Both the position numbers and the translations under genes were made by a program. A DNA stretch of 25,270 nucleotides from a virus (taxonomy: Duplodnaviria; Caudoviricetes). Positions 1 through 9,691 of this stretch are shown here, piece by piece. Under the pieces are notes generated by a model. The model worked only from the letters and a program-made list of their open reading frames with translations. It had not been told where the DNA came from and made no database searches. Location of the stretch: positions 1-25,270 of the IMG/VR virus record IMGVR_UViG_3300020514_000008. One strand, 5' to 3'. Each line of letters begins with the position of its first letter. The first letter of the stretch is position 1.

Positions 1-3000
1 CGTTGGCGCGCAGCACCCTCGAGAGGAACGTGCTGTCCTGCCGGGCCTCCTGCGCCTGGCGCAGCATCTCCAGCCAGAGGGTGTTTGCGTCGTACCCCTC
101 GCGCGCCACGACCTCCAGGTCGAGCGATCGCTCCACGCCGCCGTAGCGCCCCTCGGTGGAAAGCGCCTTCGACCCGAGCACCGTGTTGCCGTCATCCGCC
201 GCGTAGACAGCCTGGCGAATCGCGTCGGCCAGCCGAGCCATGTCCGCATCGGCCGGCACAAAGTCAACGCCTTGGGTGTCCATCGACATCTGGATCGACA
301 GACCACCGACGAATCGATCAACCTCGCGCTCAAGCGAGGTCAGTTCCGCCTTGGCAGCCGCCTTGCGGGCGTTGAACGCCTCTAGGCGCGCCTTGGCGCG
401 ATCCACGTTTCCAAGCAAGCGCGTCGCCTCCACCGGCGGGCGTGCGATCTTGGCAAGCTCCCCCATGCGCGTCTTCGATCCCTTGTACGGAGGAATCTCG
501 CCGGTCTGCAGCTTGCGCAGTTCCTCAATCTCGACTGCGTGCTCACGCTCGTGGTCTTCAATCGCCTTAAGCGCTGCGCTGGTGTCTTGCCCTGCTGCTA
601 TCACGTCGGACGTCGGCGGCGAGGCATCGATGATGCTGCGCAGTTCCTTGACCCGGTCCTGCTGCGAGGTGCCGGTCAGATTGGCCTCAAGCTCAAAGGA
701 TCCGCCTTCGCCTGCCGCGTTGGTCCAGTTGTTGACCGTCCAGAGTTCCTTCTCGATAAACCACACGACGGCCTGCAGGTCGTCGTCGTTGATCTCTGCC
801 AGGATCGGGTCGGTGTTCAGCTCGTTGTCTGCGCGAATCCGCTTGACGGACTCGGAGAACACGTCTTGGCCCATTCCGAACTGCAGTGTAGTCGAGGCGT
901 CCTCGCGCATTTCACCCGATACGCCCGTCTCGGCCACGCTGGGAATACGCCGCCGTCCAGCCAGGCGCTGCAGCATGCGCGCGGCCCACACGTCGATGGT
1001 GGCCCGCTCGCGGAACCCGATCAGGTTGCCGCTGAAGTTCAGCGCTTTGGGTGCCGTGCCACCGCGGGCGATGTCAGGGTCAGAGTTCTTGACGACGCGC
1101 CAGAGGTCGACCATCGCGCGCGCGACGTTGCGACCGTTGAACCCGTACTTGGCACCGGATTCCTTTTTGGGCAGCAGGGCGTCGGGGAATTTGCGCGCCT
1201 CGCGCAGCGCGCTGAGTTTCTCCTGGTACTCGGGGAGATCCTTGACCGCCTTCTTGCTCAGGCCCTCCGCCATCTGCTCGTTGAACCACGAGCGAAGGTC
1301 GGTCTCAAGCGCGTCGACGCGATCGAAGTATGCCTCCCACTGGACGATCAGGTTGTCGAAGTCTCCGCGGCTGGCGCGGCGAAGCGCGTCGACCGCATTG
1401 AACCAGTTGTCACGCACGGGCGTGTTGGGACTGGTTGCGCCGAGCAGATCCGCAAACAGATCACCCAGTCCGCCGAACTCCTGACGCAGGCGCTTGCGCA
1501 GGGCCTTGTACCAGCCCGCCTGCGCCAGGATGTTGCGTGCGTTGGCATCGCCCGCGCCAGCGCGGCGGAACACGGTGCGCACTTCTTCTGCCATCGAGCG
1601 GGCCACGGCGTTGACGCGGCGCTTGTAGTTGGCCGTGCCAGGCTCCAAGGACTTGCCGTCAGCGTCCGTGCTGAACTGGTAGGAGATCGTCTTGTACTCG
1701 TGCGTGATCTTGCGGTCGCCAGTGGTGTCGTCGACGACCGTGCGGGAATAGGTCAGAGGTTCCCAGCCTTGTGCCACCGGGTGCGCCAGTTTGGTCTTGG
1801 TCACCGCAGCTTCGATCTCGGCCACTGGCACGCCAGTGGCTGCCGACGAGGACTGAATTGCTGCGCGCTCTTCGGCGCTGATCATTACCCGATTGGCAGT
1901 TTGACGAACGCCACGCTTGGCCACCATCTGCAGGCGCTGGACCGCACTCTGCCTCAGGATATTCGGATCATTCGGATCAAACGCGCCCGAGTTGCCGGTG
2001 GCTGGAACAAACCTTTGACCATCCCATAGGCGCAGTGCCTCTGGGGGAATGTCCCCTTTAACGCGCATTCCCCCATCCGTGTAAGGGTCGGGCTCCAGTC
2101 GGTCCTGCAATGCAGCCAGATCGACCGAAAAATATGCGTCTGGAATTGCGCCGGCTTCGTCCCAGCCAAGGTCAGGGTTTCGCGTTTGCCGCGCCTCACG
2201 CATCACGCGCTCGGAGTCAGCGTCCAACCCATTGGCCCAAAGGTAAACGTATCCGTCACTGGCAGCGCGCAATCCATCGCGCAAAATTGCCGGTGCATTC
2301 ACGTCATCCGCAATATGCAGGGCTTGCCCATCCACACCTGAATCAATGAAATCATTAAGTGTCGGCTCGGGTGCAGATTCGTTCAGCACCGCCCCCTGCC
2401 CCGCCTGCGCGCCGACCTTGAGCGAGAACTGCTCGTAGAGCTGGGTGGGCGTCATGCCCGTGCGCGAGGCCATCGTGCTGAAGAACGCCGACTGCAGGCG
2501 CGCGTAGGCCTCGTTCGCGTCCGACGTGAACCGCCCCGCCTGGTCGAGCTGGGCCTTGATCGTGTCGCGGACGGTGTCGACCTCGGACTGCCAGGCGCTC
2601 TGGTCCTGTGCCTGCTGCAGGACGCGCTCGGCCTCTTGCTCGATGAATTGCTGGCCTTGTTCTGCGATCTGCGAGGCTTCCGCTAGGCTCCAGGCGTTCT
2701 CGCTGGTGCGGGCGTTCTGGAGAAAGAGCTCCTCGAGCGGCGTGCCGGGAATGGCGGCGAGCACTTCCCCGAGGGGCAGCTCGACCACGGTGTTCAGCGC
2801 AAGCGCGTCCTCCATCTGCGCAGCCGCGGAGGGAAAGCTCTGGGCGATGTCGATCCCCGACTGCGCCAGTACCTCTGCGTCCATGAAGATCGATTCGGTT
2901 GCGCCCTCGCGCTGCGCAAGGTCTTGCATAGCGCTGGCAAAGTCCTGCGGGGCGTGCGCCCGCATCTGCACCATCGAGGCCGCGGCAAAGACGTTCTGCA

Positions 3001-4105
3001 GTTGCCGGGCACTCGCTTCGGCCTGTCCCATCTGGTCAGCCGTGCCAGCAATCTTGTTCAGCGTTGCCACCGCGCCGCCGGTGATAAGGCTCTGCGTGAG
3101 CGTTGACACCAGCGTGTCGTAGGCGGCACCAGGTCGCTCGGCAAAGAACTCGGGCCACGTCTTGTCGGGGTTGGCGACGGCGGTGTCGATGGCATCCTGC
3201 AGGAAGGTCGCCACCTGCTCGGTCGGCACCTCGCGCGCGATCAGCCCTGCGAGGAACTCGCCGACACCGCGCTTGCCGAGGGAGTCGGTCAGGAATTTGG
3301 TCGGGAGGAGCTCGGTCGCGACCTCGACCGCGCCCTCCCCCGTGGCACCGAGGAAACTCTCAAGGGGCGCACCCCCGCGGGTGCGGTATTTGCCGTAGGC
3401 CTCGGCTTGGGTCTGCACACCCATCGTCGCCAGCATTGGCGTGGGGCTGCGGGTTGCGATCGATGCGGCAAGGCCGGGCAAGGTGCGGAGCGTGCTCTCC
3501 ACGCCGCCATAGATCGCACGACCCGTGCGGCTCTCGATGTTGGGCCGCGTGAAGTCTGAGGCGGACTGCGATTGCGCGATCTTGCGCGCGAGATCCGCAT
3601 CCTCGACGGGATCGGGCTGCACGAGCCCGGCCCATTGCAGGAAGTCCCGCATCTGGCCCTGCATGCCGCGCCGAGCCATCTCCAGCCCCTGGGGCATGGA
3701 GGCGGCGAGGCCTCGGGCAATGTTCTCAAAGGTCGGCTCGGGGCCTTTGAATGCTTTGATCGTGCCGTGCACGTCGACCAGTGCCGAGGCGTCTTTCTGC
3801 GCTTTGGCAGCAAAGAGCGGGGCGTAGCGGAAGTAGTCCCCGATGAGGGGGTCGACTTCCAGGGCGCGCGCGGTCTCCGCGACCGAGCTCTCGCGCTTCA
3901 ACTGATCAAAGTTGCGCAGTGCTACATCCGGCGGCAGCCCTGTTGCAAATGCAAGCTGGCTTGCCTGCGAAGCACGCAGCGCGTCGGTGCCCATGGCGCG
4001 GCGGATCTGTGCGCGCAGGAGTGCATCGTCTGACGGGGCGGCACTGGTGGGGTCAAAGGTGGGAGAGGCCGCGAGCGGTTCAGCAGTGCTCGGGTCAAAA
4101 CTCAT
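1..4105 (-). CDS. Large internal virion/ejection (polyvalent) protein, 3'-truncated by the window edge (>1368 codons)
   Basis: ATG at 4105 overlaps the upstream TGA (ATGA). Manual translation MSFDPSTAEPLAASPTFDP... stays open to the window edge. Contains the linker ATGNSGAFDPNDPNILRQS typical of phage polyvalent proteins. Occupies the gp16-like position after the smaller ejection proteins. Confidence 0.88.
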   Translation of the reverse strand, partial: MSFDPSTAEPLAASPTFDPTSAAPSDDALLRAQIRRAMGTDALRASQASQLAFATGLPPDVALRNFDQLKRESSVAETARALEVDPLIGDYFRYAPLFAAKAQKDASALVDVHGTIKAFKGPEPTFENIARGLAASMPQGLEMARRGMQGQMRDFLQWAGLVQPDPVEDADLARKIAQSQSASDFTRPNIESRTGRAIYGGVESTLRTLPGLAASIATRSPTPMLATMGVQTQAEAYGKYRTRGGAPLESFLGATGEGAVEVATELLPTKFLTDSLGKRGVGEFLAGLIAREVPTEQVATFLQDAIDTAVANPDKTWPEFFAERPGAAYDTLVSTLTQSLITGGAVATLNKIAGTADQMGQAEASARQLQNVFAAASMVQMRAHAPQDFASAMQDLAQREGATESIFMDAEVLAQSGIDIAQSFPSAAAQMEDALALNTVVELPLGEVLAAIPGTPLEELFLQNARTSENAWSLAEASQIAEQGQQFIEQEAERVLQQAQDQSAWQSEVDTVRDTIKAQLDQAGRFTSDANEAYARLQSAFFSTMASRTGMTPTQLYEQFSLKVGAQAGQGAVLNESAPEPTLNDFIDSGVDGQALHIADDVNAPAILRDGLRAASDGYVYLWANGLDADSERVMREARQTRNPDLGWDEAGAIPDAYFSVDLAALQDRLEPDPYTDGGMRVKGDIPPEALRLWDGQRFVPATGNSGAFDPNDPNILRQSAVQRLQMVAKRGVRQTANRVMISAEERAAIQSSSAATGVPVAEIEAAVTKTKLAHPVAQGWEPLTYSRTVVDDTTGDRKITHEYKTISYQFSTDADGKSLEPGTANYKRRVNAVARSMAEEVRTVFRRAGAGDANARNILAQAGWYKALRKRLRQEFGGLGDLFADLLGATSPNTPVRDNWFNAVDALRRASRGDFDNLIVQWEAYFDRVDALETDLRSWFNEQMAEGLSKKAVKDLPEYQEKLSALREARKFPDALLPKKESGAKYGFNGRNVARAMVDLWRVVKNSDPDIARGGTAPKALNFSGNLIGFRERATIDVWAARMLQRLAGRRRIPSVAETGVSGEMREDASTTLQFGMGQDVFSESVKRIRADNELNTDPILAEINDDDLQAVVWFIEKELWTVNNWTNAAGEGGSFELEANLTGTSQQDRVKELRSIIDASPPTSDVIAAGQDTSAALKAIEDHEREHAVEIEELRKLQTGEIPPYKGSKTRMGELAKIARPPVEATRLLGNVDRAKARLEAFNARKAAAKAELTSLEREVDRFVGGLSIQMSMDTQGVDFVPADADMARLADAIRQAVYAADDGNTVLGSKALSTEGRYGGVERSLDLEVVAREGYDANTLWLEMLRQAQEARQDSTFLSRVLRAN

Positions 4106-5529
4106 TTCACCGACTCCCAGTTGCCGTTGCCGCGGTAAATGGCCTTGTTCCCGCTTTTGTCCTGATAGGTCTTGCCCACCGTGAAGGGGTCATAGGGGCC
4201 CATTTCCTGAACCCGCTGCTCGCGATCAAGTTGGTAACGCGGGGTCTCGTCATCCCAGAACGTACCGGGGACGACCTTATCAATCAGCAGGTCGTCCATG
4301 ATCTTGGTCTTCTCGTCGTAATTCGGTGCACGGCCTTTCTCTTGCTGGAACCGGGAGATCTCGTCGTAAGCGGCACGCTTGAAATCAAGAAAGTCCGACT
4401 CGTCCATGTCGCCCTTGAACAGGGAGAACATCTGCTCGGTCGTCGCCACCTGGGCGGCTGCGTCAGGCTTGGTCATGTCCTGCTGGAGCTTGACCAGTCG
4501 GTCCATGTCCGCCTGCGCAAACGACTCCACAAGCGGGCGCAGATCCACCTGCTTACCCGATGCGATGTCGAGCAGGGTCTGGTTGTAGAGCTTGTCGTCT
4601 GTTTTGATCGTGGTGCCCTTGGCCTCGCGATCCGCACGGCTTTCAATCGCATTGGCAAGCTGCGCAGCCTCACGGCCGGGAAGTGCCGCTAGCACACTGG
4701 GTGGTACAGGTTGACCCCCTGCGTAGAGGCCCCAGGCGGAATCGACCAGGCGATCCTCGGCCTCGCGCTTCGCCTTCTCCGCATCGGCCTCGCGCTGCTT
4801 GGCCTCAATCTCGACGCTGCGCTCCAGGCTCTTGCGCACGGCGCCCTGCTTGCCGGCGTCGATCTCATTGACGTTGTTGTCGAAATACGCAAGCGCTTCT
4901 TCAGCGGAGGGGATGTTGTCGATCTGGGCCATGTGCATATCGGACACGTAGCCCGCCACGCGCGCCTGCACCTGCTCGGTGGTCCAGCCCTTGCGGGCAC
5001 CGACGACGGCGACCTTCTCGCGCACCTGGTCCTTGGTAGTGGCGATGTCGCCGTTGGTGACCCCGAACTGGATGGTGGTGGCGATGTCCGCGTTCGCCAC
5101 CTCGTCGGCGTGGCGCTCGCGCTCGGCCGAGGTGAAGCCCAGCACGGACGCTTCGGCCTGCACGCGCTTTTGCTGGAGCGAGCGTCCGATCAGCGCACGC
5201 GCGCGGGGCGAGAGATCCTTGCCGTAGGTCTCGGCGGCGGTGTTCCACCAGTCGGTGGCGGACTTCTGGTAGGCATCGACATTCTCTCCGCGGCCTTGGG
5301 CGCGGGCCTCGCTGTCCCACTTCAACCAGTCCGAGGTGACGCGGCTCTCAACGTCATAGGCCTCGGTCTGCGCCTCGCGTTCCTGATAGCGGTCGATGCC
5401 CTCGCCCAGATTGGCCAGGCCCTGCCCGATCGCGCGGGTGCCGGAGGACACATCGAGCGGGCGCGCCGTCGGGGTGCGCAGCGGTGCCGTGGCGAGCTGC
5501 GGGCCGTCGTAGACCGGAACCTGCGGCAT
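4102..5529 (-). CDS. Internal virion (ejection) protein, T7 gp15-like position
   Basis: 475 aa, helical and Ala/Glu/Gln-rich, N-terminus MPQVPVYDGPQ; lies between the gp14-like gene and the giant protein. Confidence 0.7.
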   Translation of the reverse strand: MPQVPVYDGPQLATAPLRTPTARPLDVSSGTRAIGQGLANLGEGIDRYQEREAQTEAYDVESRVTSDWLKWDSEARAQGRGENVDAYQKSATDWWNTAAETYGKDLSPRARALIGRSLQQKRVQAEASVLGFTSAERERHADEVANADIATTIQFGVTNGDIATTKDQVREKVAVVGARKGWTTEQVQARVAGYVSDMHMAQIDNIPSAEEALAYFDNNVNEIDAGKQGAVRKSLERSVEIEAKQREADAEKAKREAEDRLVDSAWGLYAGGQPVPPSVLAALPGREAAQLANAIESRADREAKGTTIKTDDKLYNQTLLDIASGKQVDLRPLVESFAQADMDRLVKLQQDMTKPDAAAQVATTEQMFSLFKGDMDESDFLDFKRAAYDEISRFQQEKGRAPNYDEKTKIMDDLLIDKVVPGTFWDDETPRYQLDREQRVQEMGPYDPFTVGKTYQDKSGNKAIYRGNGNWESVK

Positions 5530-5532
5530 GGA

Positions 5533-6075
5533 TCAGCCCCCGTACCCGTTCAAGTACCAGTTGGAGTTTTTGCCGAGGGCGTTCTTGGGAGCCCCTGCGG
5601 AACTGCCTGCCGCCGAGCTGGGCGTCCACTTGCTGGCGACCTGCCCTGCCCCCGAGAGCAGCGTGCCGGCAGCGCCCAGTGCGCCCTGGTACGCGGCAGC
5701 GCGTCCCTCGGCCTTCGCCAGTGTTCCCTGCGCCCGCGCGCTCCAGGCGGCGTTGGCGGCGTTGTAGCGCGCGGTGCTGGCGTCCATCTGCCCGAAGAAA
5801 TCGGTCTGGTCTTGCAGATCGCCGGCCGTGCCGTAGCCGATGTCCAGACCGCGCGAAGCAAGGCTTACGCGCTGGCTGGATTTCAACGAGGCGGCCTTGC
5901 GCTGGATTGCAGCAGCCTCCTCCTCGCCGCGGCGCTGCGCGTCCTGCGCGGCGTACTCGCTCATCTTGGCGTTGTACTTGGCAGCGTCCTGCGCCGACTG
6001 ACCCTGCTGGTACTGGCCGTAGGCAGACATGGCCGTGCCTGCGGCCATCAAGGCAAGCGTGACGGGTTCACACAT
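5533..6075 (-). CDS. Internal virion protein B-like (T7 gp14-like)
   Basis: MCEPVTLALMAAGTAMSAYGQYQQG N-terminus and Ala/Gln-rich body, typical of podophage small ejection proteins; synteny. Confidence 0.8.
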   Translation of the reverse strand: MCEPVTLALMAAGTAMSAYGQYQQGQSAQDAAKYNAKMSEYAAQDAQRRGEEEAAAIQRKAASLKSSQRVSLASRGLDIGYGTAGDLQDQTDFFGQMDASTARYNAANAAWSARAQGTLAKAEGRAAAYQGALGAAGTLLSGAGQVASKWTPSSAAGSSAGAPKNALGKNSNWYLNGYGG

Positions 6076-6526
6076 GGCGGTGCATCTCGAATCGGTGAAA
6101 CAACTCCCCGGCGTGACCGTAGGGCTCGGGGTCGTGGATCGTGAAACCCAGGTGCGCCAGCCAGCGCACGGATCGGGTGTTCTTGACGTGCACGAAGTTC
6201 AGCAGATGCGGGTAGAGCTCCAGCATCAGGTTGACGATGGGCGCGGCAAGACTCTGCAGCACGCGCGGGCGGCGATCGAGCAGCGTGGTGCCCAGCATCC
6301 AGGGCGAGCCCGTCTTCTCGGTGAGCTCACCGACACCAAACACCGCCAGGAGCTCGCCCTCTTCGCGCGCGCTGAAGCAGAACCCCTGCGACGCGGCCAC
6401 GCTCTCCACGATGCCCTCCAGCACGTCCGCCTGCCCGTAGGCCAGGCACTCGCGCAGATCGCTGGGACGCAGGCTTGCGTAGAGCGCCTGTGCGTCCTGG
6501 TGCGTGGCGGGCAGGATCTCAACCAC
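6068..6526 (-). CDS. GNAT-fold protein, T7 gp13/internal virion protein A-like
   Basis: LRPSDLRECLAYG, GSPWMLGT and LLNFVHVKNTRSVRWLAHLGF motifs; directly follows tail tubular protein B. Confidence 0.8.
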   Translation of the reverse strand: MVEILPATHQDAQALYASLRPSDLRECLAYGQADVLEGIVESVAASQGFCFSAREEGELLAVFGVGELTEKTGSPWMLGTTLLDRRPRVLQSLAAPIVNLMLELYPHLLNFVHVKNTRSVRWLAHLGFTIHDPEPYGHAGELFHRFEMHRHV

Positions 6527-9011
6527 CGGCTTGGAACTCGAGCGTCATGGAGAGCAGGGTGAGCGGCAGGGGATCTGCCTGGCGCACGCACACCGTGCCG
6601 CCCTGGGACCAGTTGGGGTCGATCGCGAGCGAGATCTCCCCGTTCACGATCGCGGGCGGGCTCCCGTAGGGGTTCGCGACCTCGCGCGCGGGATAGAGGC
6701 GCAGGCGCGAGAACGTGGGGCCGGCCTGCACCAGTGAGGACTGCGCGACCCGCAGGTGCACCTTGCTCACGTTCTTCACCGTGCCGGCCCCGTTCGCCTG
6801 CGCGCCTTCGAGCACCATCGGGAGCGTGCGCAGATCGGCGGTGATGGGCAGCCCGATGTGCACCACGCTGGCCGCGGTGCCGATCGTCACGGCCCCGCCG
6901 GTGACGGTGGTGGCGGTGGCCACGGCGCCGTCTGCGAGGATGTGCACCGTCTCGCCTTCCAGGTGATAGAGCCCCGTGAACGTGGTGGCAGCCGCCCCGT
7001 CGTAGGTGAGACCTGAGTCCACGAAGAACGCATCTTCGGGGTCGGTGTAGATACGGGTGTTGAGACGCTCGATGTAGCGCACATTGCGCCCGTTCACGTT
7101 ACGTTTCACCACGGCGTAGAGCACATCTTCGTTACCTTCGGACACGACCGTCACCGACTCAAACGTGCCGTCGGTGTCGTGCGCGTGCCACCCGAAGACC
7201 TGCTGATCCGGCACGTAGCTCATGCCGAGCAGCACGCCGTCATCGCGCACGGCCCAGAGCATCTGATCCGGTGCGCGGGTGTAGGCCAACTGGCGCACCA
7301 CGAAGCCGTTGAAGCGGTGCGGCGCCATGAGGCTGACATCCACCGTGCGGTAGCTGTTGGCCTCCCAGGAGTAGGCGAGCTCGCGCACCCGCGAGCCCTG
7401 CGCCTGCACGTACAGGATGGAGGCCGCGGTGACGACGGGCTGCACGCCGGAGGCGCCCGAGTAGCTCTGGGGCTTGATCGAGAGACTGGTCGGGGTGATC
7501 GCGGGGGCGGAGTCGGCGTAGATCCGAAACTCCCCGCCCGCGGTGAAGGCGATCAGGTCGGAGAGTGCGACCAGATGGCGCACGCGGTTGTACTGCGAGG
7601 CCGCGATCCGAAACTCCAGCGCATCGGCATCGCGCGCGGGGATGGAGCTCGTGAGGTTTTTCTCGGTGCCGGTGCGCGTGGCAAAGACGACCTGGGGCTT
7701 GCCCTCGGTGCCCGCGAACCATCGCCGCTGCTCGTGGTAGGTGACGCAGCCGGGGTAGTCGGTGGCCTCCTTGTTCAGCGTGAGGATGTCGTCCGGCGGC
7801 GGCGAGAGCGTGTCGGGGAGGACGTTGTCGTCCTTGATGGACAGCGCGCTGGTCGTTGAGACGTCGGTTGCCGTGCCCTGCGTGGCGGAGGCCGCGGTTT
7901 TGGCGTAGGAGAACAGGGTCAACTGGTTCGCGGCCGGCACGGCCGTCAGATAGAACGTGCCGTCGAGCGAGGGCACACCGGTGCCGGCCACGTACACGCG
8001 CTTCAGCAGTGCGTAGGTGATGCCGTGGGCGGCGGCGGTGGTGATGTTGATCACCGCGCTGCCGGCGCTGCGCGAGATGGAGGTGATCGTGGATCCGCCG
8101 GTGGTGTCGGCGATGATCTGTCCGATGTAGCCGTAGATGCCCCCGCGGAGCTTGTAGACGTTGTAGCGCGTGGCGCCGGCCACGCCGCTCCAGGCGATGG
8201 TGTTGTAGTTGCCCTGCAGGGTGAGGTCGTTGTTGACGCTGACAGGCGAGGACGGCAGGGACTCGGTCACCCCGTCTGCCTGCACGGCCGTCACCACGTA
8301 GGAGGCCGCCGTCGTCACCCCGCCCGCGGGGGTGGTGGCGGTCACGGTGACCGTGGCGGGGGCACCTGTCGGGGGTGCGAAGTCGATCGTGCTGAGCGTC
8401 CAGTTGGTGGCCGCCACGCGCGCGAGCTCGCGGGTCGCGTAGGAGGGGTGCGCGAGGGTGATGACGTCGGCGTTCTGCGCGAGGTTCAGATCGAAGAGAT
8501 CGTCCTCGGTGTAGGGCGAGGCAAGCGTGTAGACGCGCGCGGCGGTTGATCCCGAGGCCGTGACCGCGCTGCCCCAGAGATCGGTCGTGGTGAACGTGTC
8601 CGCATCGACCACGGTGACGTTGAGAAACCGATTGCCAATGAACACCCAGTCGCCGCTCGCGTAGCCGTGGGCGCCGGTCGTGTTGACCGTGGACCCGGCG
8701 ATCGAGCCGATCGCCACGGTGGGTTCGAGCAGTGTGGCCCCGCCGATGTGGAAGCGGATGTACAGGTGCCCGAACTCCAGCACCGCGCTCTGGTCAGCGG
8801 AGAACTGGAACGCCGCCAGGCGCACCTTGCGCGTGGAGTCCTTGGCCTCGTTGATGAACCGAAACCCTGGCCTGCGCGCAGCCGGGCCGTGCGGGAGGGT
8901 GACGAAGTTACGGCAGAGCAGCAGCCCTGTTTGGTACTTGCCGAGATCGATGCGCCCGGCGAGCTCGGGGGCGATCTCGCCGCCTGCGAAGCTCCGAAGC
9001 AGCGTCTTCAC
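6519..9011 (-). CDS. Tail tubular protein B / nozzle (T7 gp12, P22 gp10-like)
   Basis: 830 aa; SFAGGEIAPELAGRIDL...NFVTLPHGPAARRPG N-terminus; YPGCVTYHEQRRWFAG, QQVFGWHAHDTDG and FVDSGLTY motifs. Confidence 0.9.
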   Translation of the reverse strand: MKTLLRSFAGGEIAPELAGRIDLGKYQTGLLLCRNFVTLPHGPAARRPGFRFINEAKDSTRKVRLAAFQFSADQSAVLEFGHLYIRFHIGGATLLEPTVAIGSIAGSTVNTTGAHGYASGDWVFIGNRFLNVTVVDADTFTTTDLWGSAVTASGSTAARVYTLASPYTEDDLFDLNLAQNADVITLAHPSYATRELARVAATNWTLSTIDFAPPTGAPATVTVTATTPAGGVTTAASYVVTAVQADGVTESLPSSPVSVNNDLTLQGNYNTIAWSGVAGATRYNVYKLRGGIYGYIGQIIADTTGGSTITSISRSAGSAVINITTAAAHGITYALLKRVYVAGTGVPSLDGTFYLTAVPAANQLTLFSYAKTAASATQGTATDVSTTSALSIKDDNVLPDTLSPPPDDILTLNKEATDYPGCVTYHEQRRWFAGTEGKPQVVFATRTGTEKNLTSSIPARDADALEFRIAASQYNRVRHLVALSDLIAFTAGGEFRIYADSAPAITPTSLSIKPQSYSGASGVQPVVTAASILYVQAQGSRVRELAYSWEANSYRTVDVSLMAPHRFNGFVVRQLAYTRAPDQMLWAVRDDGVLLGMSYVPDQQVFGWHAHDTDGTFESVTVVSEGNEDVLYAVVKRNVNGRNVRYIERLNTRIYTDPEDAFFVDSGLTYDGAAATTFTGLYHLEGETVHILADGAVATATTVTGGAVTIGTAASVVHIGLPITADLRTLPMVLEGAQANGAGTVKNVSKVHLRVAQSSLVQAGPTFSRLRLYPAREVANPYGSPPAIVNGEISLAIDPNWSQGGTVCVRQADPLPLTLLSMTLEFQAGG

Positions 9012-9640
9012 GCACGCACGCTCAGGATCGTCGGGGAGATCGCGGCCTCGGTTGAACTGGCATTGGCCGCTGCCGCCATCGACAGGTCAGCGATGCTCAT
9101 GGCGCGCTGGCGCAGCGAATCCCCCAGGCGCGCGCCCTCGTTGCCCTTGACGATGGGGCCTGCCAGGTAGGCGGCCAGGAGGTAGGAGAGCGCGCTGGTG
9201 AAGGACGCCGTGAACCGCGCGCTGTCGGTGACGTCGCGCGCGTAGAGCAGCGTTGCCTCGGTCTGGTTGCTGTAGAGGATCTGGCCTTCGATGTCGAACT
9301 GCGCGCCCTGGCGGTCATCGGCTTGCAGGGGGGATGCGTCCTGCGTGAACACCGTCACACCGATCGTGGGGCTGAGCACCCGCAGCGCCCGCAGGCAGTC
9401 AGAGGGCAGCGCGTACGCATAGGTCCAGGCCGCACTGGCGTTGGTGAGCTCGGCGAGCTCTGCGCGCTTCAGCGAGAAGGCCCAGTTCCCCGGCTCGAGC
9501 AGCTCGGTGCGTGCGACGTCGTAGAACGTCGCGCAGTAGCCAGCCTCGACGCTGCCGTCGGGCGGGTCGATGCTCGAGATGAGCGGCCCCGCACCGATGT
9601 GGGCGAGCGCCATGTTGCAGATCTGGATGATGGACGCCAT
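9008..9640 (-). CDS. Tail tubular protein A / adaptor (T7 gp11-like)
   Basis: MASIIQICNMALAHIG, WAFSLKRAEL, YAYALPSDCLR and FTSALSYLLAAYLA motifs; GGAGGG RBS; stop overlaps the next ATG. Confidence 0.9.
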   Translation of the reverse strand: MASIIQICNMALAHIGAGPLISSIDPPDGSVEAGYCATFYDVARTELLEPGNWAFSLKRAELAELTNASAAWTYAYALPSDCLRALRVLSPTIGVTVFTQDASPLQADDRQGAQFDIEGQILYSNQTEATLLYARDVTDSARFTASFTSALSYLLAAYLAGPIVKGNEGARLGDSLRQRAMSIADLSMAAAANASSTEAAISPTILSVRA

Positions 9641-9658
9641 AGGCCCTCCGGTGCGGTC

Positions 9659-9691
9659 AGTCTAGGGGCCGATCGCGTGCGTCACGGACAC
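9659..9691 (-). promoter_or_regulatory. Putative late promoter copy 1: GTGTCCGTGACG-N15-TAGACT
   Basis: 12-mer at 9680-9691, -10-like box at 9659-9664, upstream of tail tubular protein A. Confidence 0.75.

Noticed and set aside
1961-1979. Tandem ATTCGGATC repeat
   Set aside because: It simply encodes DPNDPN in the protein linker.
1945-2390. Possible intron or intein in the giant gene
   Set aside because: The frame is uninterrupted and there are no intein C/S...HN termini or intron hallmarks; better read as an inserted protein domain.
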